A DNA stretch of 59,509 nt from Pseudomonadota bacterium (GCA_021808365.1 JAKBBU010000005.1:1-59509), one strand, 5' to 3'. Shown: positions 38,201 through 47,669, numbered from the stretch's first letter. Notes: generated by a model from the letters alone, not told the origin. Program-made: numbers and translations.

Positions 38201-40263
38201 ATCTGAAAGCGATCGAATTAGATAATCTTAAACTATTAAAAAAGAAACGACTTTCTCCGCTTGATCAAATGGCCCTGCATCACCTCTATAGCAATATTCG
38301 ATCTTTAGCGGCTAATTCTGAAAAGCTTGAAGTTATTGTCGATATTGATCGGGTATTGCGATCACGTGTGCGCCAATTTGTTTATTATGGTCATCCGGAT
38401 ATTGTGCGGGATAAAGACTATCAATCGAAGATTGATACCGTATTGGTAAAATCTTTGCAAGAGAAGGGATGGCTTTCTTATTCTGACGTTAAATATAAGA
38501 GTAAAGTAGGTGCACTGAGTGGGATTCTTGCTGGGATTGCACGAGACAAATACTTTATTGATCCTGATCGCGATCCAGCCCGAGATCGGTTTTCTTATAA
38601 ATTAGGCCGAAAAGTAGTGGCCTTGATTGAACAAGGATGGAGTGAAGATGATGCGGTTAAACGAGCGCAGATCAAAGCTGGATCCTGGGAGGTTTCACCC
38701 GATGAAATTCGTGCGGGTAGTGGAGATGCTCATAGCCTTGCCATGTCGTATCTTGATCCAATCAATGCTGACGAATATAATAATGGGCGACCCGTAGGTC
38801 CTACTGTTAAAATTATAACAGTTGAAGTTGAAGAAAAGCGATTTGATCGATCGCGTGGCATGATTGTAAATAAGATTATAAAACATCGAATTGATCCAGA
38901 ACAGAATGATGAAGGAGTAGACCTAGAGGTAATGACCTTCGTCCAAAGTTGCTTAAAGGATATTAAGCATTTATTAAGTCAAAATAAATTACATGGACTT
39001 CTCCATTGGGGTCTGTCTAGATTGGTGCCAGAACTCGATAAGCTGCAAAATAAAATGCTTGCCGATAAAACTTTAGGCATAAAGGATTTCAGAGACTTAA
39101 TCACACAGCATTTATTTTTTCTTGCTGAAGATAGAAATCATGGGAAATTGCTGCAAACGTTTAAAGAAAAGGAATTTCAATCTATACCGGGAATAATGCA
39201 ATATACTTATACATTTGGAAGTTTGTTAAACATTTTTCCTGGACAATCCCTTGGTGTTGATTTTAATGATCATAATCCCAGGAATTTTGTGCAAAAATAT
39301 ATTCTTCGCTATCTTTCTCGTTGTACATTGGATGGAGGGACTCTGCCATTAATGCAACGTTTTGTTCTTGATTTAGGATTGCTATTGATGAAGGAAGATC
39401 AAGATAAAGCTCTAACACCTCAGAGACTCAAAGAGCTTTTCATTCAAGCGATGCCTGCAGGATTTACGATAAAGGGTTGGTTACAAAAATGTGAGCAGGA
39501 TGAAACGAAAAGACAAGCATTGCGCAAAAACAACCAATATTTATATGTGCTGATTGATGACGGTCAGGATCAATTATTTAAAGCCTTGAGAAAATCAATA
39601 AATCTTGCAAATCAACAGAATATTTCTTTCTCCAAACAATCTACCTTGGCCATCGTCGAAAGTGTGATTGTAAAAGATCCTGGCGATCCGAAAAATCAAG
39701 GAATATTCTGCGAAGTCAGTACATTGTTCTCTTCGCCACAGGCTTCATTAGCGCCTGTGTTGCGAAAGAGTCTTCAGCTACTAGCGGCAAGGCTAGAAAA
39801 AATAGATGAGAATGATTATGAAGTTGATGATGTCAAAAACTTAGTCAGCCAATATCTATTTTTCTTAAACGATTCGACCTTTAAGGGTTATGTCCCTGAT
39901 GCCATACGCACGATGCAAACCTCGTTGGGTGATAAACCTGTGCTGGCCATTGATATTTTACAGAAACTTAATCCAATCAGGCATTATTTGAAGATTGTGA
40001 TGGAGCGTGAGCGATGGGAAAGTACGTCGACGGCAAAAATTCATTTTGCTCTTGAATTGGGTAGACTCTTGATGAAGGAAGCGCAAGAGGGGCAGAAAAC
40101 AATTGGGCCCGATCGTCTCGATCAACTGAGATGCAAGGCACTCAAGTGCAGTGGTTTGGAACAGAAAAGGTTGTATGAGGGTGCTTGCGGTAGAACAATT
40201 GGTGCGATGCTTGAGGATGCGGAGCAAAAAGCACCGCTGAACTGCCTAGGTGCTGGTGCTTAG
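32290..40263 (+). CDS. Giant hypothetical protein (2657 aa), candidate effector
   Basis: 8-kb uninterrupted AT-rich ORF, RBS AGAGGA, no signal peptide, internal C-terminal duplication. Confidence 0.8.
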   Translation: MFRKDKLILLKAHLKVLESLRKHIFSRKAIDNDNNIKNNLQQLSASYPIYLASKQNIMANDFRGVVLQNPHFIDLRSASQDQKWVLENSVEVFNRTLEFVDENQQYLRTDKGTFLRLTVGGMADSLLDWQQLKDLFTWFQSVLLKANPPSLIFIDNLKSQSIALALASLCDLEEKGYLGLNLEEHIRLLQTKFNQMDENNPDILKQAVTIYVLLNRLRLFGELSAEIDSMSNNPQLFINTADFEKIGEPGRIDWFSIKNRLKLKQLLAYDLSEKTEENKILFDYLKELEKCLNLFEQDRLIPECHLLEISFNQDYLLNVLNRINQNIIPETFSDLLVAPIMALSEIDEASQNGHELIKHAVFGDGRLEDISWLLECLDREDPNINAIEAILYKRGGIAGYQLEGPVNGIWIFEVSNNKPDDQYAPENRQPFYISQDNILNKLINGFRNKLGVSDEEARDRILLNIQGPCSLVHRLGGAFSNLFVVDGRPLKEFNHKLEWVGRELVYRFSYGVNSSIPGVSFEYHCEPIECQVRNGLRPLSLNVTFNLDARDKDQAHLIQQVQEKCRALGCPVSFEDSSHNTLKFFGEKSSKSSPNGTVHHDTFIAGNKGFKVPYGVGYSSSMIFMPKEKKSVPGLKIVDEQKKFEALKLSIKLGNKEAEKKVQSISNKNQSSLLKKLTKASENLKTEEAKQALIKFCDFGIASSKKCPKFNPQNAMASWEAIKNYIHDLIHAFPYDDVSYPSIEKTCESRLYHCILKVFKSLEVDASNLKNGIIRDFFNIYENVCQTLIATDPEAIEGNINWLIGEYKAEDEQESVTLRDKFRTWNAPIGYGWTIEQKERSFNELSNYLKGWMICHFERLIYKNLVDLKIPDLLNDAPHAAKEFIASVYRLQNSRKFQTGSLNEVRESLLTLIRQFPLESIDEELHNYCAKILRETLHSAFKIYYRLDEDSTEIHEAISVFLTDFENEQKAGRWSNCDKCCNVFKEKISSVFSEITEAVFLERCRDEFIAGNYQFFARSFAQSGSFSSVAFLELFIALSRISQRVDLQDQYKNIINLSFFPVKSKIPHRLDEIHTTEQFVLVSRLIEESRCLPETFNTLLASFIEEASDNDKLKIVWLNKMCDHVFDQGFDSEEALKFAIKFFDDVLLYFRGNRVSRKEIFLDEEESDFLRRLFALSELYYNSSGIIDRSNLDLKVSKDELIKRLDLKVLDVLLYHCPTQVELNTYFELLGKFNEVVKLAEPGRKEDFYPTNFGFKKQILHEEKYSQLYYLFAFELALNCLKKSKIGEELSLNKDDLKKINQLINRACNEEYGLKAAFLLRALVAYVTCDPLTVDDIKIIVFNLNIFLTRKGPAYDNSWLNSFSQTAINQMIDDPRSCGVVVAGRDGNLFELQVPDHVENLFLRKEEEKEIKNKQFSQLKSSIFLAYHYLFQTDLWKALKDLNYLPEGWVKKSLPASHFLEGPVPGAQQKWVALLNHIDTLQDQDVGDDELDEIKQRLKEMASEKIHYPLLNSSREVFLQNDSSRSMIDAILNHVFHDRIDHENGVFHSEADLEFIKVASGFNCNSDFYWNEFSKPQKISRISSPPKKDERADKIQHAVLSEIQGAASIGHSAKNRGYLNYIGNLSERGNNQERKDIILEQFNVGNQNFVFARDKLLPYLTGQRKLLPQDLNSSISDYWCGVQSLQMACNAGVKEALYLRAVLSFWEEGHTKDLLGRYKNLGLKWPQPIKGNYDKLGHPDCWTFKTKRFEAYYYYMEYLIQPSVNAGVGLDPVTQLDGEFVRSLEQVKINKAPVGEALNTFFVKEGYELVKEYFPQVVAAPKQKSSPNERRENWAELQLENYIKRLLLAFEHYNRTPTKGTSSNLLGIPTREGSATWMNFIKKLHEIYAKPGLNAQQKMINIESFTKKQGSNISGIKGGQHARFLKELETEFWPREGRQPSVDFATLKALANVSDFNLVMNRSKCYSLLADLKAIELDNLKLLKKKRLSPLDQMALHHLYSNIRSLAANSEKLEVIVDIDRVLRSRVRQFVYYGHPDIVRDKDYQSKIDTVLVKSLQEKGWLSYSDVKYKSKVGALSGILAGIARDKYFIDPDRDPARDRFSYKLGRKVVALIEQGWSEDDAVKRAQIKAGSWEVSPDEIRAGSGDAHSLAMSYLDPINADEYNNGRPVGPTVKIITVEVEEKRFDRSRGMIVNKIIKHRIDPEQNDEGVDLEVMTFVQSCLKDIKHLLSQNKLHGLLHWGLSRLVPELDKLQNKMLADKTLGIKDFRDLITQHLFFLAEDRNHGKLLQTFKEKEFQSIPGIMQYTYTFGSLLNIFPGQSLGVDFNDHNPRNFVQKYILRYLSRCTLDGGTLPLMQRFVLDLGLLLMKEDQDKALTPQRLKELFIQAMPAGFTIKGWLQKCEQDETKRQALRKNNQYLYVLIDDGQDQLFKALRKSINLANQQNISFSKQSTLAIVESVIVKDPGDPKNQGIFCEVSTLFSSPQASLAPVLRKSLQLLAARLEKIDENDYEVDDVKNLVSQYLFFLNDSTFKGYVPDAIRTMQTSLGDKPVLAIDILQKLNPIRHYLKIVMERERWESTSTAKIHFALELGRLLMKEAQEGQKTIGPDRLDQLRCKALKCSGLEQKRLYEGACGRTIGAMLEDAEQKAPLNCLGAGA

Positions 40264-40332
40264 CGTGGCGTGCATTGCAGATTGCTGCAACTTCAAGTAG
40301 GATCCTCACTTTAATTGATGCGGGGATCCTCC

Positions 40333-42114
40333 ATGTCCATGCGTGATCACCATTGTGGTGAAATCAGGGCCACTCATCTTGGCCAAGTTGTTAAATTGGC
40401 CGGCTGGGTGCATCGTCGCCGCGACCATGGTGGCGTGATCTTTGTTGATCTACGTGATGGTGGCGAACTGGCTCAAATTGTGTTTGAACCGGGTTCACCT
40501 GTTTTTCGCCAAGCGGAAGACCTGCGCAATGAATGGGTGATTGCCATAACAGGCACGGTGCGTGCTCGTCCAGAGGGCACCGTCAATCCCAATATGCCTA
40601 CGGGCGAAGTTGAAGTGGTTGTCTGCGAATTAAATGTGCTGAATCGTGCACAGGTCCTGCCGTTTAACATCGATGGGCATCAATCAGTTGGCGAAGAAAC
40701 ACGTTTAAAATACCGCTACTTAGATTTGCGCCGCCCTGAAATGTTAGCATGCTTTAAATTGCGTCATGCCGTTACCCGATGCTTGCGCAATTATTTGGAT
40801 CAGCATCAATTCATCGACGTTGAAACGCCGATTTTGACAAAAACAACGCCCGAAGGCGCGCGTGATTACCTCGTGCCAAGCCGTGTTCACCCCGGTGAAT
40901 TTTACGCGCTACCTCAATCCCCTCAAATTTTTAAACAATTACTGATGATGGCAGGGTTTGATCGCTATTATCAAATTGTGCGTTGTTTTCGTGATGAAGA
41001 TTTGCGAGCGGATCGCCAACCGGAATTCACACAGCTCGACATTGAAACATCCTTCATGGATGAGCAAGCCATTCAAGATTTGATCGAAGCGATGATCCGC
41101 GAATTATTTAAAACCACAATCAATGTGGATTTACCTGTTTTTCTTCGTATGACGTATTCAGAAGCGATGTCGCGTTTTGGGGTGGATAAACCCGATCTGC
41201 GTATTCCACTGGAGATGGTGACGATCTGTGATTTAGTAAGAACGGTTGATTTTAAAGTGTTTTCAGAACCGGCGAATGATAAACAGTCAAAAGTTGCGGC
41301 ACTGAAATTACCCAAGGGCTGTGCACTATTAACGCGCAAACAATTAGATGATTACGCTAGTTTTGTTGAGCAATTTGGTGCAAAGGGTCTTGCTTACATT
41401 AAGGTGAATGATCGCACTACAGGCCTTGCAGGACTGCAATCACCCATTTTGAAATTTTTACCTGAATCTGTGATTGAAGCGATTCTAAATAAATTAGAAG
41501 CTCAAACGGGTGATCTTATTTTCTTCGGCGCAGGCCAAAAACAAGTCGTGAATGCGAGCCTCGGTGCCTTACGCGTGAAACTTGGCCATGATCTCAACTT
41601 AGTGGAAGCCGGTTGGAAGCCGCTATGGGTTGTCGATTTTCCGATGTTTGAACGAGATGCCACACATGGCAATTGGACACCGCTCCATCATCCCTTTACA
41701 GCACCTAAAGTAGTTTCAATCGATGAATTACATGCAGATCCAGAGTCAACTTTGTCGCGTGCCTATGATTTTGTTCTCAATGGGGTTGAAGTTGGCGGTG
41801 GTTCCATTCGGATTGCAGATTCAGATTTGCAAATGGCGATTTTTGAGTTGATTGGCATTGATGCTGCATCGGCGCATCAAAAATTCGATCATTTATTGAC
41901 GGCTTTAAAATTGGGTTGTCCTCCTCATGGTGGTATTGCTTTTGGTATTGATCGTCTTGTGATGTTGATGTCAGGTTCAAGCTCAATTCGCGATGTGATT
42001 GCGTTTCCAAAAACACAGAGCGCGAGTTGTCCTTTGACGAATGCGCCGAGCGAGGTGGATGATCAGCAATTACGTGAATTAATTGCGATGGGATTTAGGT
42101 TTGTGAAAGTATAG
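40333..42114 (+). CDS. aspS: Aspartate-tRNA(Asp/Asn) ligase, non-discriminating type
   Basis: HRRRDHGG and RPEG signatures, [36 protein letters not shown]. Confidence 0.97.
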   Translation: MSMRDHHCGEIRATHLGQVVKLAGWVHRRRDHGGVIFVDLRDGGELAQIVFEPGSPVFRQAEDLRNEWVIAITGTVRARPEGTVNPNMPTGEVEVVVCELNVLNRAQVLPFNIDGHQSVGEETRLKYRYLDLRRPEMLACFKLRHAVTRCLRNYLDQHQFIDVETPILTKTTPEGARDYLVPSRVHPGEFYALPQSPQIFKQLLMMAGFDRYYQIVRCFRDEDLRADRQPEFTQLDIETSFMDEQAIQDLIEAMIRELFKTTINVDLPVFLRMTYSEAMSRFGVDKPDLRIPLEMVTICDLVRTVDFKVFSEPANDKQSKVAALKLPKGCALLTRKQLDDYASFVEQFGAKGLAYIKVNDRTTGLAGLQSPILKFLPESVIEAILNKLEAQTGDLIFFGAGQKQVVNASLGALRVKLGHDLNLVEAGWKPLWVVDFPMFERDATHGNWTPLHHPFTAPKVVSIDELHADPESTLSRAYDFVLNGVEVGGGSIRIADSDLQMAIFELIGIDAASAHQKFDHLLTALKLGCPPHGGIAFGIDRLVMLMSGSSSIRDVIAFPKTQSASCPLTNAPSEVDDQQLRELIAMGFRFVKV

Positions 42115-42117
42115 CGT

Positions 42118-42183
42118 TGTCATCCCGGAATTTAGTGGCTCTTCGCGCGTACTCGCTAAGAACCGCTAAATCCCGGGATGACA
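42118..42183. repeat. TGTCATCCCGG...CCGGGATGACA palindromic repeat
   Basis: 66-bp imperfect hairpin; related copy at 57908-57977. Confidence 0.85.
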
Positions 42184-42230
42184 GTACCAGGGTAGGGAAG
42201 TACTCAAAAAAGACAGAGGTAAAATCAGGT

Positions 42231-42947
42231 ATGGCAGGACACAGCAAATGGGCCAACATCCAACACCGCAAAAATGCCCAAGATGCAAAACGCGGGAAAT
42301 TATTCACCAAGCTGATCCGTGAGATCACCGTCGCTGCACGTCTGGGTGATCCTGATCCTGCTTCCAATCCACGTTTGCGAACAGCCGTCGACAAAGCACT
42401 TACTGCCAATATGACACGTGATACCATTGATCGTGCGATCAAACGAGGTTCAGGCAGCAATGATGATCGCGAGGTCATTGAAATTCGCTATGAAGGTTAT
42501 GGTCCGAATGGCGTTGCCATCCTCGTTGAATGTATGACCGATAATCGCAATCGCACTGTGGCTGAAGTTCGCCACGCTTTTTCAAAATGCGGTGGCAATT
42601 TGGGCACAGAGGGTTCAGTATCCTATTTATTTACAAAACAAGGGCAGATTACCTTCCCACCTGGCAGCGATGAAGAAAAAATCATGGAAGTTGCGATTGA
42701 AGCGGGTGCAGAAGATGTACGCACTTACGATGATGCGAGTTTGGATGTGATCACGACACCGGAATCGTTCCATGCCGTACAAGACGCCCTTATGCGCGCG
42801 GGCTTTAAACCGGCCGCTGCTGAAATGGTCATGGCGGCTGCACTATCTGTGCCTTTGGATGAAGAGACGGCTGAAAAAGTGACGCGTTTACAAGACATGT
42901 TGGAAGATTTGGATGATGTCCAAGAGGTTTATACGAATGCGGAGTAG
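42231..42947 (+). CDS. yebC: YebC/PmpR family protein
   Basis: [30 protein letters not shown]. Confidence 0.96.
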   Translation: MAGHSKWANIQHRKNAQDAKRGKLFTKLIREITVAARLGDPDPASNPRLRTAVDKALTANMTRDTIDRAIKRGSGSNDDREVIEIRYEGYGPNGVAILVECMTDNRNRTVAEVRHAFSKCGGNLGTEGSVSYLFTKQGQITFPPGSDEEKIMEVAIEAGAEDVRTYDDASLDVITTPESFHAVQDALMRAGFKPAAAEMVMAAALSVPLDEETAEKVTRLQDMLEDLDDVQEVYTNAE

Positions 42948-42955
42948 AATGCATC

Positions 42956-44302
42956 ATGTTTAATACACTTTCCGAGCGTCTAAGTAAAACCCTCAGTCAT
43001 TTAACCGACCGCGGACGTTTGACCGAAGACAATATAAAAAAAACACTGGCTGAAATCCGAAATTCCTTACTTGACGCGGATGTCAGCATTGGCATTGTCA
43101 AAGAATTTACAGGCCATATTCGAAATCGTGCCATTGGCCATGAGGTGTCAAAAAGTTTAAATCCAGGCCAGGCTCTCATTAAAATTGTTCAAAGCGAATT
43201 AACCTCATTGATGGGTGAAGAATGCGCTGGGCTTGATCTTAAACAAACACCCGCCGTGATTTTAATGGCAGGTTTACAAGGTTCAGGTAAAACCACCACC
43301 GTTGCAAAATTAGCACGACGCTTAAAAGAAAATGATAAAAAATCAGTACTCGTCGTGAGTACCGATATTTATCGTCCCGCTGCTATTGATCAATTGCAAA
43401 CGTTGGCCACCGAAGTTGACGTTGATTTTTTTCCGAGTCATTTGGGGCAAGATCCCGTTGAAATTGCCAAAAATGCAGTGGCTCACGCTAAGATCCAATT
43501 TAAAGATGTCGTGATTGTCGATACCGCCGGTCGGCTTCACATTGATGCAGACATGATGAAGGAAATTCAGCGGATCCATGCCGCTATTTCACCGATCGAA
43601 ACTTTATTTGTGGTCGACAGCATGACAGGCCAAGATGCTGCAAAATCAGCACAAGCCTTCCATGAAGCATTGCCTTTAACAGGTGTCATTTTGACAAAAA
43701 CTGATGGTGATGCGCGAGGTGGTGCGGCATTATCTATCCGAATGATCACGGGCAAACCGATTAAATTTATTGGCGTGGGTGAAAAAACCGAAGCCTTGGA
43801 ACCCTTCTATCCAGACCGCATTGCGGCGCGTATTTTAGGTATGGGTGATATGCTCAGCCTTGTTGAAGAAGTTGAGCGTAAAATTGATAAGGATAAAGCC
43901 AAGAAATTAGCGAAGAAGCTTGAAAAAGGTAAGGGGTTTGATCTGGAAGATTTTCGTGAACAAATTGGGCAAGTTTCCAAAATGGGTGGGCTTGGAAAAA
44001 TGCTAGAAAAGCTTCCCATTGGAGGTGGGTTACCCAATCAAGCGATGGAGCAATTAGAAGGTAATCAAATGTTTAAACAATTTGAAGCCTTAATTAATTC
44101 GATGACTTTGTTTGAACGCCGGAATCCTGATTTAATCAACGGCTCACGAAAGCGCCGTATTGCAAAGGGTGCAGGTGCGCAAATTCAAGATTTGAATCGA
44201 TTGCTTAAACAGTTTGGACGTATGCAACAAATGATGAAAAAAATGTCAAAACCAGGCAAACTTAAAAATATGATGCGAAATATGCCTGGGATGATGACAT
44301 GA
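42956..44302 (+). CDS. ffh: Signal recognition particle protein
   Basis: GLQGSGKTT, DTAGR, DGDARGGAA, Met-rich M domain. Confidence 0.97.
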   Translation: MFNTLSERLSKTLSHLTDRGRLTEDNIKKTLAEIRNSLLDADVSIGIVKEFTGHIRNRAIGHEVSKSLNPGQALIKIVQSELTSLMGEECAGLDLKQTPAVILMAGLQGSGKTTTVAKLARRLKENDKKSVLVVSTDIYRPAAIDQLQTLATEVDVDFFPSHLGQDPVEIAKNAVAHAKIQFKDVVIVDTAGRLHIDADMMKEIQRIHAAISPIETLFVVDSMTGQDAAKSAQAFHEALPLTGVILTKTDGDARGGAALSIRMITGKPIKFIGVGEKTEALEPFYPDRIAARILGMGDMLSLVEEVERKIDKDKAKKLAKKLEKGKGFDLEDFREQIGQVSKMGGLGKMLEKLPIGGGLPNQAMEQLEGNQMFKQFEALINSMTLFERRNPDLINGSRKRRIAKGAGAQIQDLNRLLKQFGRMQQMMKKMSKPGKLKNMMRNMPGMMT

Positions 44303-45297
44303 AAAAGTTCGGTTTCCTTTTGTTGGTTATGATGAGTACAGCTTCTTTTGCTCAAACCGCCGTTAAAGCAACTGGTCAGCCGACAAGTTCCACGTCAAAT
44401 CCAACGTCGAAAACGCAAGCATCATCTGATTCAGAGCAAGATGCGGATCAAAATACAGAGGTGGTAACTACACCCTCTTCAACCACAACGTCTAAAACCG
44501 CAGCATCGACAACGACCGCATCGACTGCTGGAACAACACAATCAGCTGAGATGTCTTCAGCAGCTTTGGTCAGTAAGGCGACGAATCCGTTGGCGCCATT
44601 AAGCGTTTTTGTTTTACAGAATTTTGTACAAACCGGTTTGGGTGCGGGCAATAGCGTGGGTGATGAAGTACTTGCCCGTTATGTGCAGCATATTCCTGCC
44701 AATAAGATTATTCCTGTTCAGCAATTAATTCGGGTTCAAGTCCCTTTTAACGCGGTTCCCTCGCTTAATGGCCAGAGTGTACAAGCGGGTTTAAGCGGAG
44801 CATCTCTCTTTGATGCATTTCTTTTTAAATTAGATAAAAGCTTTGAGATTGGGATAGGGCCCTCATTTACTTTACCGACCTCAACCTTTACAACGCCATT
44901 CACAGGGCCGAATGTCACACAAGGAGGCGCTTCCTTGGTGACGGTCTATCGTAAGCCAAGGCTGACTATCTCGACATCTACGCAGGTTGAATCAGCATTT
45001 AAGTGGCAAAATGGTCAGCCGAATATTGCGACCATCTCGTTTGAGCCGAGCATTTTGTATACGATTTATGGAACGTGGTATATACGTTCAACAGCAACAT
45101 GGACGTTCAGTTATCAGCCCGGTGGCAATAATCAGTATAATATTCCTATTGGATTAGGCTTGGGAAAGGTTTGGAAAACAAAGGGACTTATTTATAATTT
45201 CTACATTGAACCGCAGCCAACCGTCGCTAAAGGTGGTATACAAAGCCAAAATTTTCAATTGTTAGCGGGTATGAATATTTTATTTAATAAGGGGTAG
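44299..45297 (+). CDS. Secreted/outer-membrane hypothetical protein with Ser/Thr-rich N-terminus
   Basis: Signal peptide, ATNPLA motif, amphipathic strands, PIGLGLGKV. Confidence 0.65.
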   Translation: MKKFGFLLLVMMSTASFAQTAVKATGQPTSSTSNPTSKTQASSDSEQDADQNTEVVTTPSSTTTSKTAASTTTASTAGTTQSAEMSSAALVSKATNPLAPLSVFVLQNFVQTGLGAGNSVGDEVLARYVQHIPANKIIPVQQLIRVQVPFNAVPSLNGQSVQAGLSGASLFDAFLFKLDKSFEIGIGPSFTLPTSTFTTPFTGPNVTQGGASLVTVYRKPRLTISTSTQVESAFKWQNGQPNIATISFEPSILYTIYGTWYIRSTATWTFSYQPGGNNQYNIPIGLGLGKVWKTKGLIYNFYIEPQPTVAKGGIQSQNFQLLAGMNILFNKG

Positions 45298-45340
45298 GGC
45301 TACGTGTAACCGTTCACGGTATACTGGTCGAAGAGGCCGC

Positions 45341-45481
45341 ATTTTTCGCCGAGGGGAAGAGGTTGTTTTGCGTAAACCACCTAAAAATTTAGCTCATGCA
45401 TTTACGTTGTTGATCGACTTGCCTGATGATTTTATGGCAGATGGCAGGCAAGACACGCCCCCACAAGAACGAGAATTTTAA
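45341..45481 (+). pseudogene. vapB: VapB (AbrB-type antitoxin) C-terminal fragment
   Basis: IFRRGEEVVLRKPPKNL...LPDDFMADGRQDTPPQEREF*; N-terminus and start absent. Confidence 0.75.
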
Positions 45482-45483
45482 TC

Positions 45484-45879
45484 GTGTCATTTCAGTATTT
45501 ATTAGATACTAATATTTGCGCCAAAACTAAACCTTTAAGTGTTTCGCAACGCTTTGAATCGTTGGCGACAGGTACAGTCGGTATGTCTTTTATTACGCAT
45601 GGGGAATTATCTTTTGGCGCTCAAAAAAGCTAACATCAGGAAATAGCACTCGCAAAAATAAATGAACTGGTTGATTATATTCCTGTTCTCATGTCAGATG
45701 AGTCGGTTGGTGTACATTATGGCAAAATTCGTTTTTTACTTGAGCATGCGGGTACGCCGATTGGTAATAACGATCTATGGATAGCAGCCCATGCACTTTC
45801 TTTAGGTTTGATTTTAGTCACGAATAATGAGCGCGAATTTAAGCGTATACCTGGGCTGAGAATGGAAAATTGGGTATAG
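45484..45879 (+). pseudogene. vapC: VapC PIN-domain toxin with in-frame stop
   Basis: YLLDTNIC...GEL..GA, TAA at 45631-45633, then GTPIGNNDLWIAAHA...LVTNNEREFKRIPGL. Confidence 0.88.
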
Positions 45880-45906
45880 GAGAGCGGTTACAGCTACGTT
45901 TTGTCA

Positions 45907-46551
45907 TCACAATCCCATCATGAATGCCTTCTCTTCTTCAAGTAAGTCTGCAAAATAAGGGCCTGCCATATGATGCCTGATATAATATTCTAAATTAGGA
46001 AAGCGTTTTTGATCAATTTCATGTTCAGCTGCGTAAAGATTGACGAATTGTGAAACAATACTAATATCTGCGATCGAAAAGTGATCATTAAAAATTGTTT
46101 CACCACCAATCTGAGTTTCCAAATAAGCACATAAAGGCGGTAAATCTTCCATCAACGCCTTGCGAATGGCTTGCTCATCGGCAGGCCTGCCCATTAATGC
46201 GGGCGCAATCATTTGAGGGATAAAAATTCGACCTGTAATAACGGTTGAAACTGCTGTATCGGTGTATTCCTCCAACCAGAGTGCCTTCGCATAATCAGCG
46301 GGTATTTGCGGATAAAGCGCCGGTGTTGGGTATTTTTTTTCAAGGTAGGCACAGATCACAGAAGAGTCGGGAATATCAATGCCATCGATCCGTAATGCTG
46401 GAATTTTTCCAAGTGGGCTAATTTTTTTATAATCATCGCTGACTTGAAAGGGGATCACCAATTCAAGATCATAGGGAATTTTTTTGAGTGCGAGAGCAAC
46501 ACGCGTTTTTCGAACGAAGGGGGAGCCAGGAACGCCGTAAAGTTTTGCCAT
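45907..46551 (-). CDS. Glutathione S-transferase family protein
   Basis: SPFVRK, SPLGKIPAL, DSSVICAYLE, FSIADI. Confidence 0.92.
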   Translation of the reverse strand: MAKLYGVPGSPFVRKTRVALALKKIPYDLELVIPFQVSDDYKKISPLGKIPALRIDGIDIPDSSVICAYLEKKYPTPALYPQIPADYAKALWLEEYTDTAVSTVITGRIFIPQMIAPALMGRPADEQAIRKALMEDLPPLCAYLETQIGGETIFNDHFSIADISIVSQFVNLYAAEHEIDQKRFPNLEYYIRHHMAGPYFADLLEEEKAFMMGL

Positions 46552-46552
46552 T

Positions 46553-47155
46553 TTAATCTTCCAAAAGTATGCGATCTGCAAACGCATGGGCCAATGTGCC
46601 ACCATCTACAAATTCTAATTCACCACCCAAGGGAACACCATGGGCAATTCGCGTGGTTTTGATGCCACGTTGGCGGGCTAGGCTGGAAATATAATGTGCG
46701 GTCACCTGACCTTCAACGGTAGGGTTCGTTGCGAGAATAAGTTCAAGTATTTCGCCCTGATCCAAGCGTGAGATAAGCTCTTTAATACCGATTTGATCTG
46801 GCCCAACGCCATCAAGCGGAGACAAATGCCCCATCAACACGAAATAAAGGCCTGAAAAATGCGCAGCTTGTTCGATCGCAAGGACATCAGCAGGGGTTTC
46901 AACAATACAAAGGAGGGCTCGGTTTCTGCGTGGATCAGCGCACAACAGGCAAAATTGATCCTCACAAAAACTTCGACAAGATTCACAATGTTTGATACGA
47001 AGCGTTGCCTCTTCCAATACAGCAGCAAGACGCTGACCGCCTTGGCGGTCGCGCTCGAGAAGATGCAAGGCCATCCGTTGTGCTGATTTTTTCCCGACAC
47101 CGGGCAGACAAACGAGGGCCTCGATCAGTTGATTGACGAGTGGGCTAAATGCCAT
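46553..47155 (-). CDS. recR: Recombination mediator RecR
   Basis: [12 protein letters not shown]4 zinc finger, ATNPTVEG Toprim. Confidence 0.97.
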   Translation of the reverse strand: MAFSPLVNQLIEALVCLPGVGKKSAQRMALHLLERDRQGGQRLAAVLEEATLRIKHCESCRSFCEDQFCLLCADPRRNRALLCIVETPADVLAIEQAAHFSGLYFVLMGHLSPLDGVGPDQIGIKELISRLDQGEILELILATNPTVEGQVTAHYISSLARQRGIKTTRIAHGVPLGGELEFVDGGTLAHAFADRILLED

Positions 47156-47169
47156 ATAGCAACACCAAA

Positions 47170-47541
47170 CTAAGCAGCCGTTGCAGCACCACCTTCACCA
47201 CCACCCAGTAAATCCTTTGGAATACCGAGGGTCTTAGTGAATGCTTCCATTTCTTCTTTCGCACCACCTTCAGCTTTTTTGAATGCTGCATTGCAGGCGG
47301 CTACAATAAGGCTCTCTAGGACGGTTTTCTCATCGGGGTGGAGCAGTTCAGCATCACAAATCTCTACTTTTTTAACTTCCATTTTGCAATTCATGGTGAC
47401 TTTAACGGAGCCACCGCCAGCCTCACCGACAACGAGCAATCCCTCAAGCTTCTTTTGAATATCAAGCATACCTTCTTGCATTTTTTTGGCTTGTTTCATC
47501 ATATCATCAAGGTTGCCCTTCATTGCATCTTCAAAACTCAT
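47170..47541 (-). CDS. ybaB: YbaB/EbfC nucleoid-associated protein
   Basis: [21 protein letters not shown]; upstream of recR. Confidence 0.93.
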   Translation of the reverse strand: MSFEDAMKGNLDDMMKQAKKMQEGMLDIQKKLEGLLVVGEAGGGSVKVTMNCKMEVKKVEICDAELLHPDEKTVLESLIVAACNAAFKKAEGGAKEEMEAFTKTLGIPKDLLGGGEGGAATAA

Positions 47542-47628
47542 GGTTAAATCCTCTTGGATGGAAAAAAATAGAAAGAAGCGTTCCGCAAACTACCGGATCC
47601 GTTCTTTTTAAAACAGGGGAAGAATTTA

Positions 47629-47658
47629 ATTATACACCCCGAAAAGGGGCCAAGTCAA
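47629..47658 (-). promoter_or_regulatory. Putative sigma70 promoter for ybaB-recR-GST
   Basis: TTGACT-18-TATAAT on the minus strand. Confidence 0.5.
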
Positions 47659-47669
47659 TGGTACCGCCT

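Larger units (their letters stand above)
45305..45892. mobile_element. Putative non-autonomous TGT...ACA element carrying a vapBC remnant
   Basis: Ends TGTAACCGTTCAC and GAGAGCGGTTACA (11/13 IR), flanked by direct repeat GCTACG. Confidence 0.55.

Noticed and set aside
40240-40263. Possible CaaX prenylation motif on the giant protein
   Set aside because: The protein ends CLGAGA, so Cys is sixth from the end rather than fourth.
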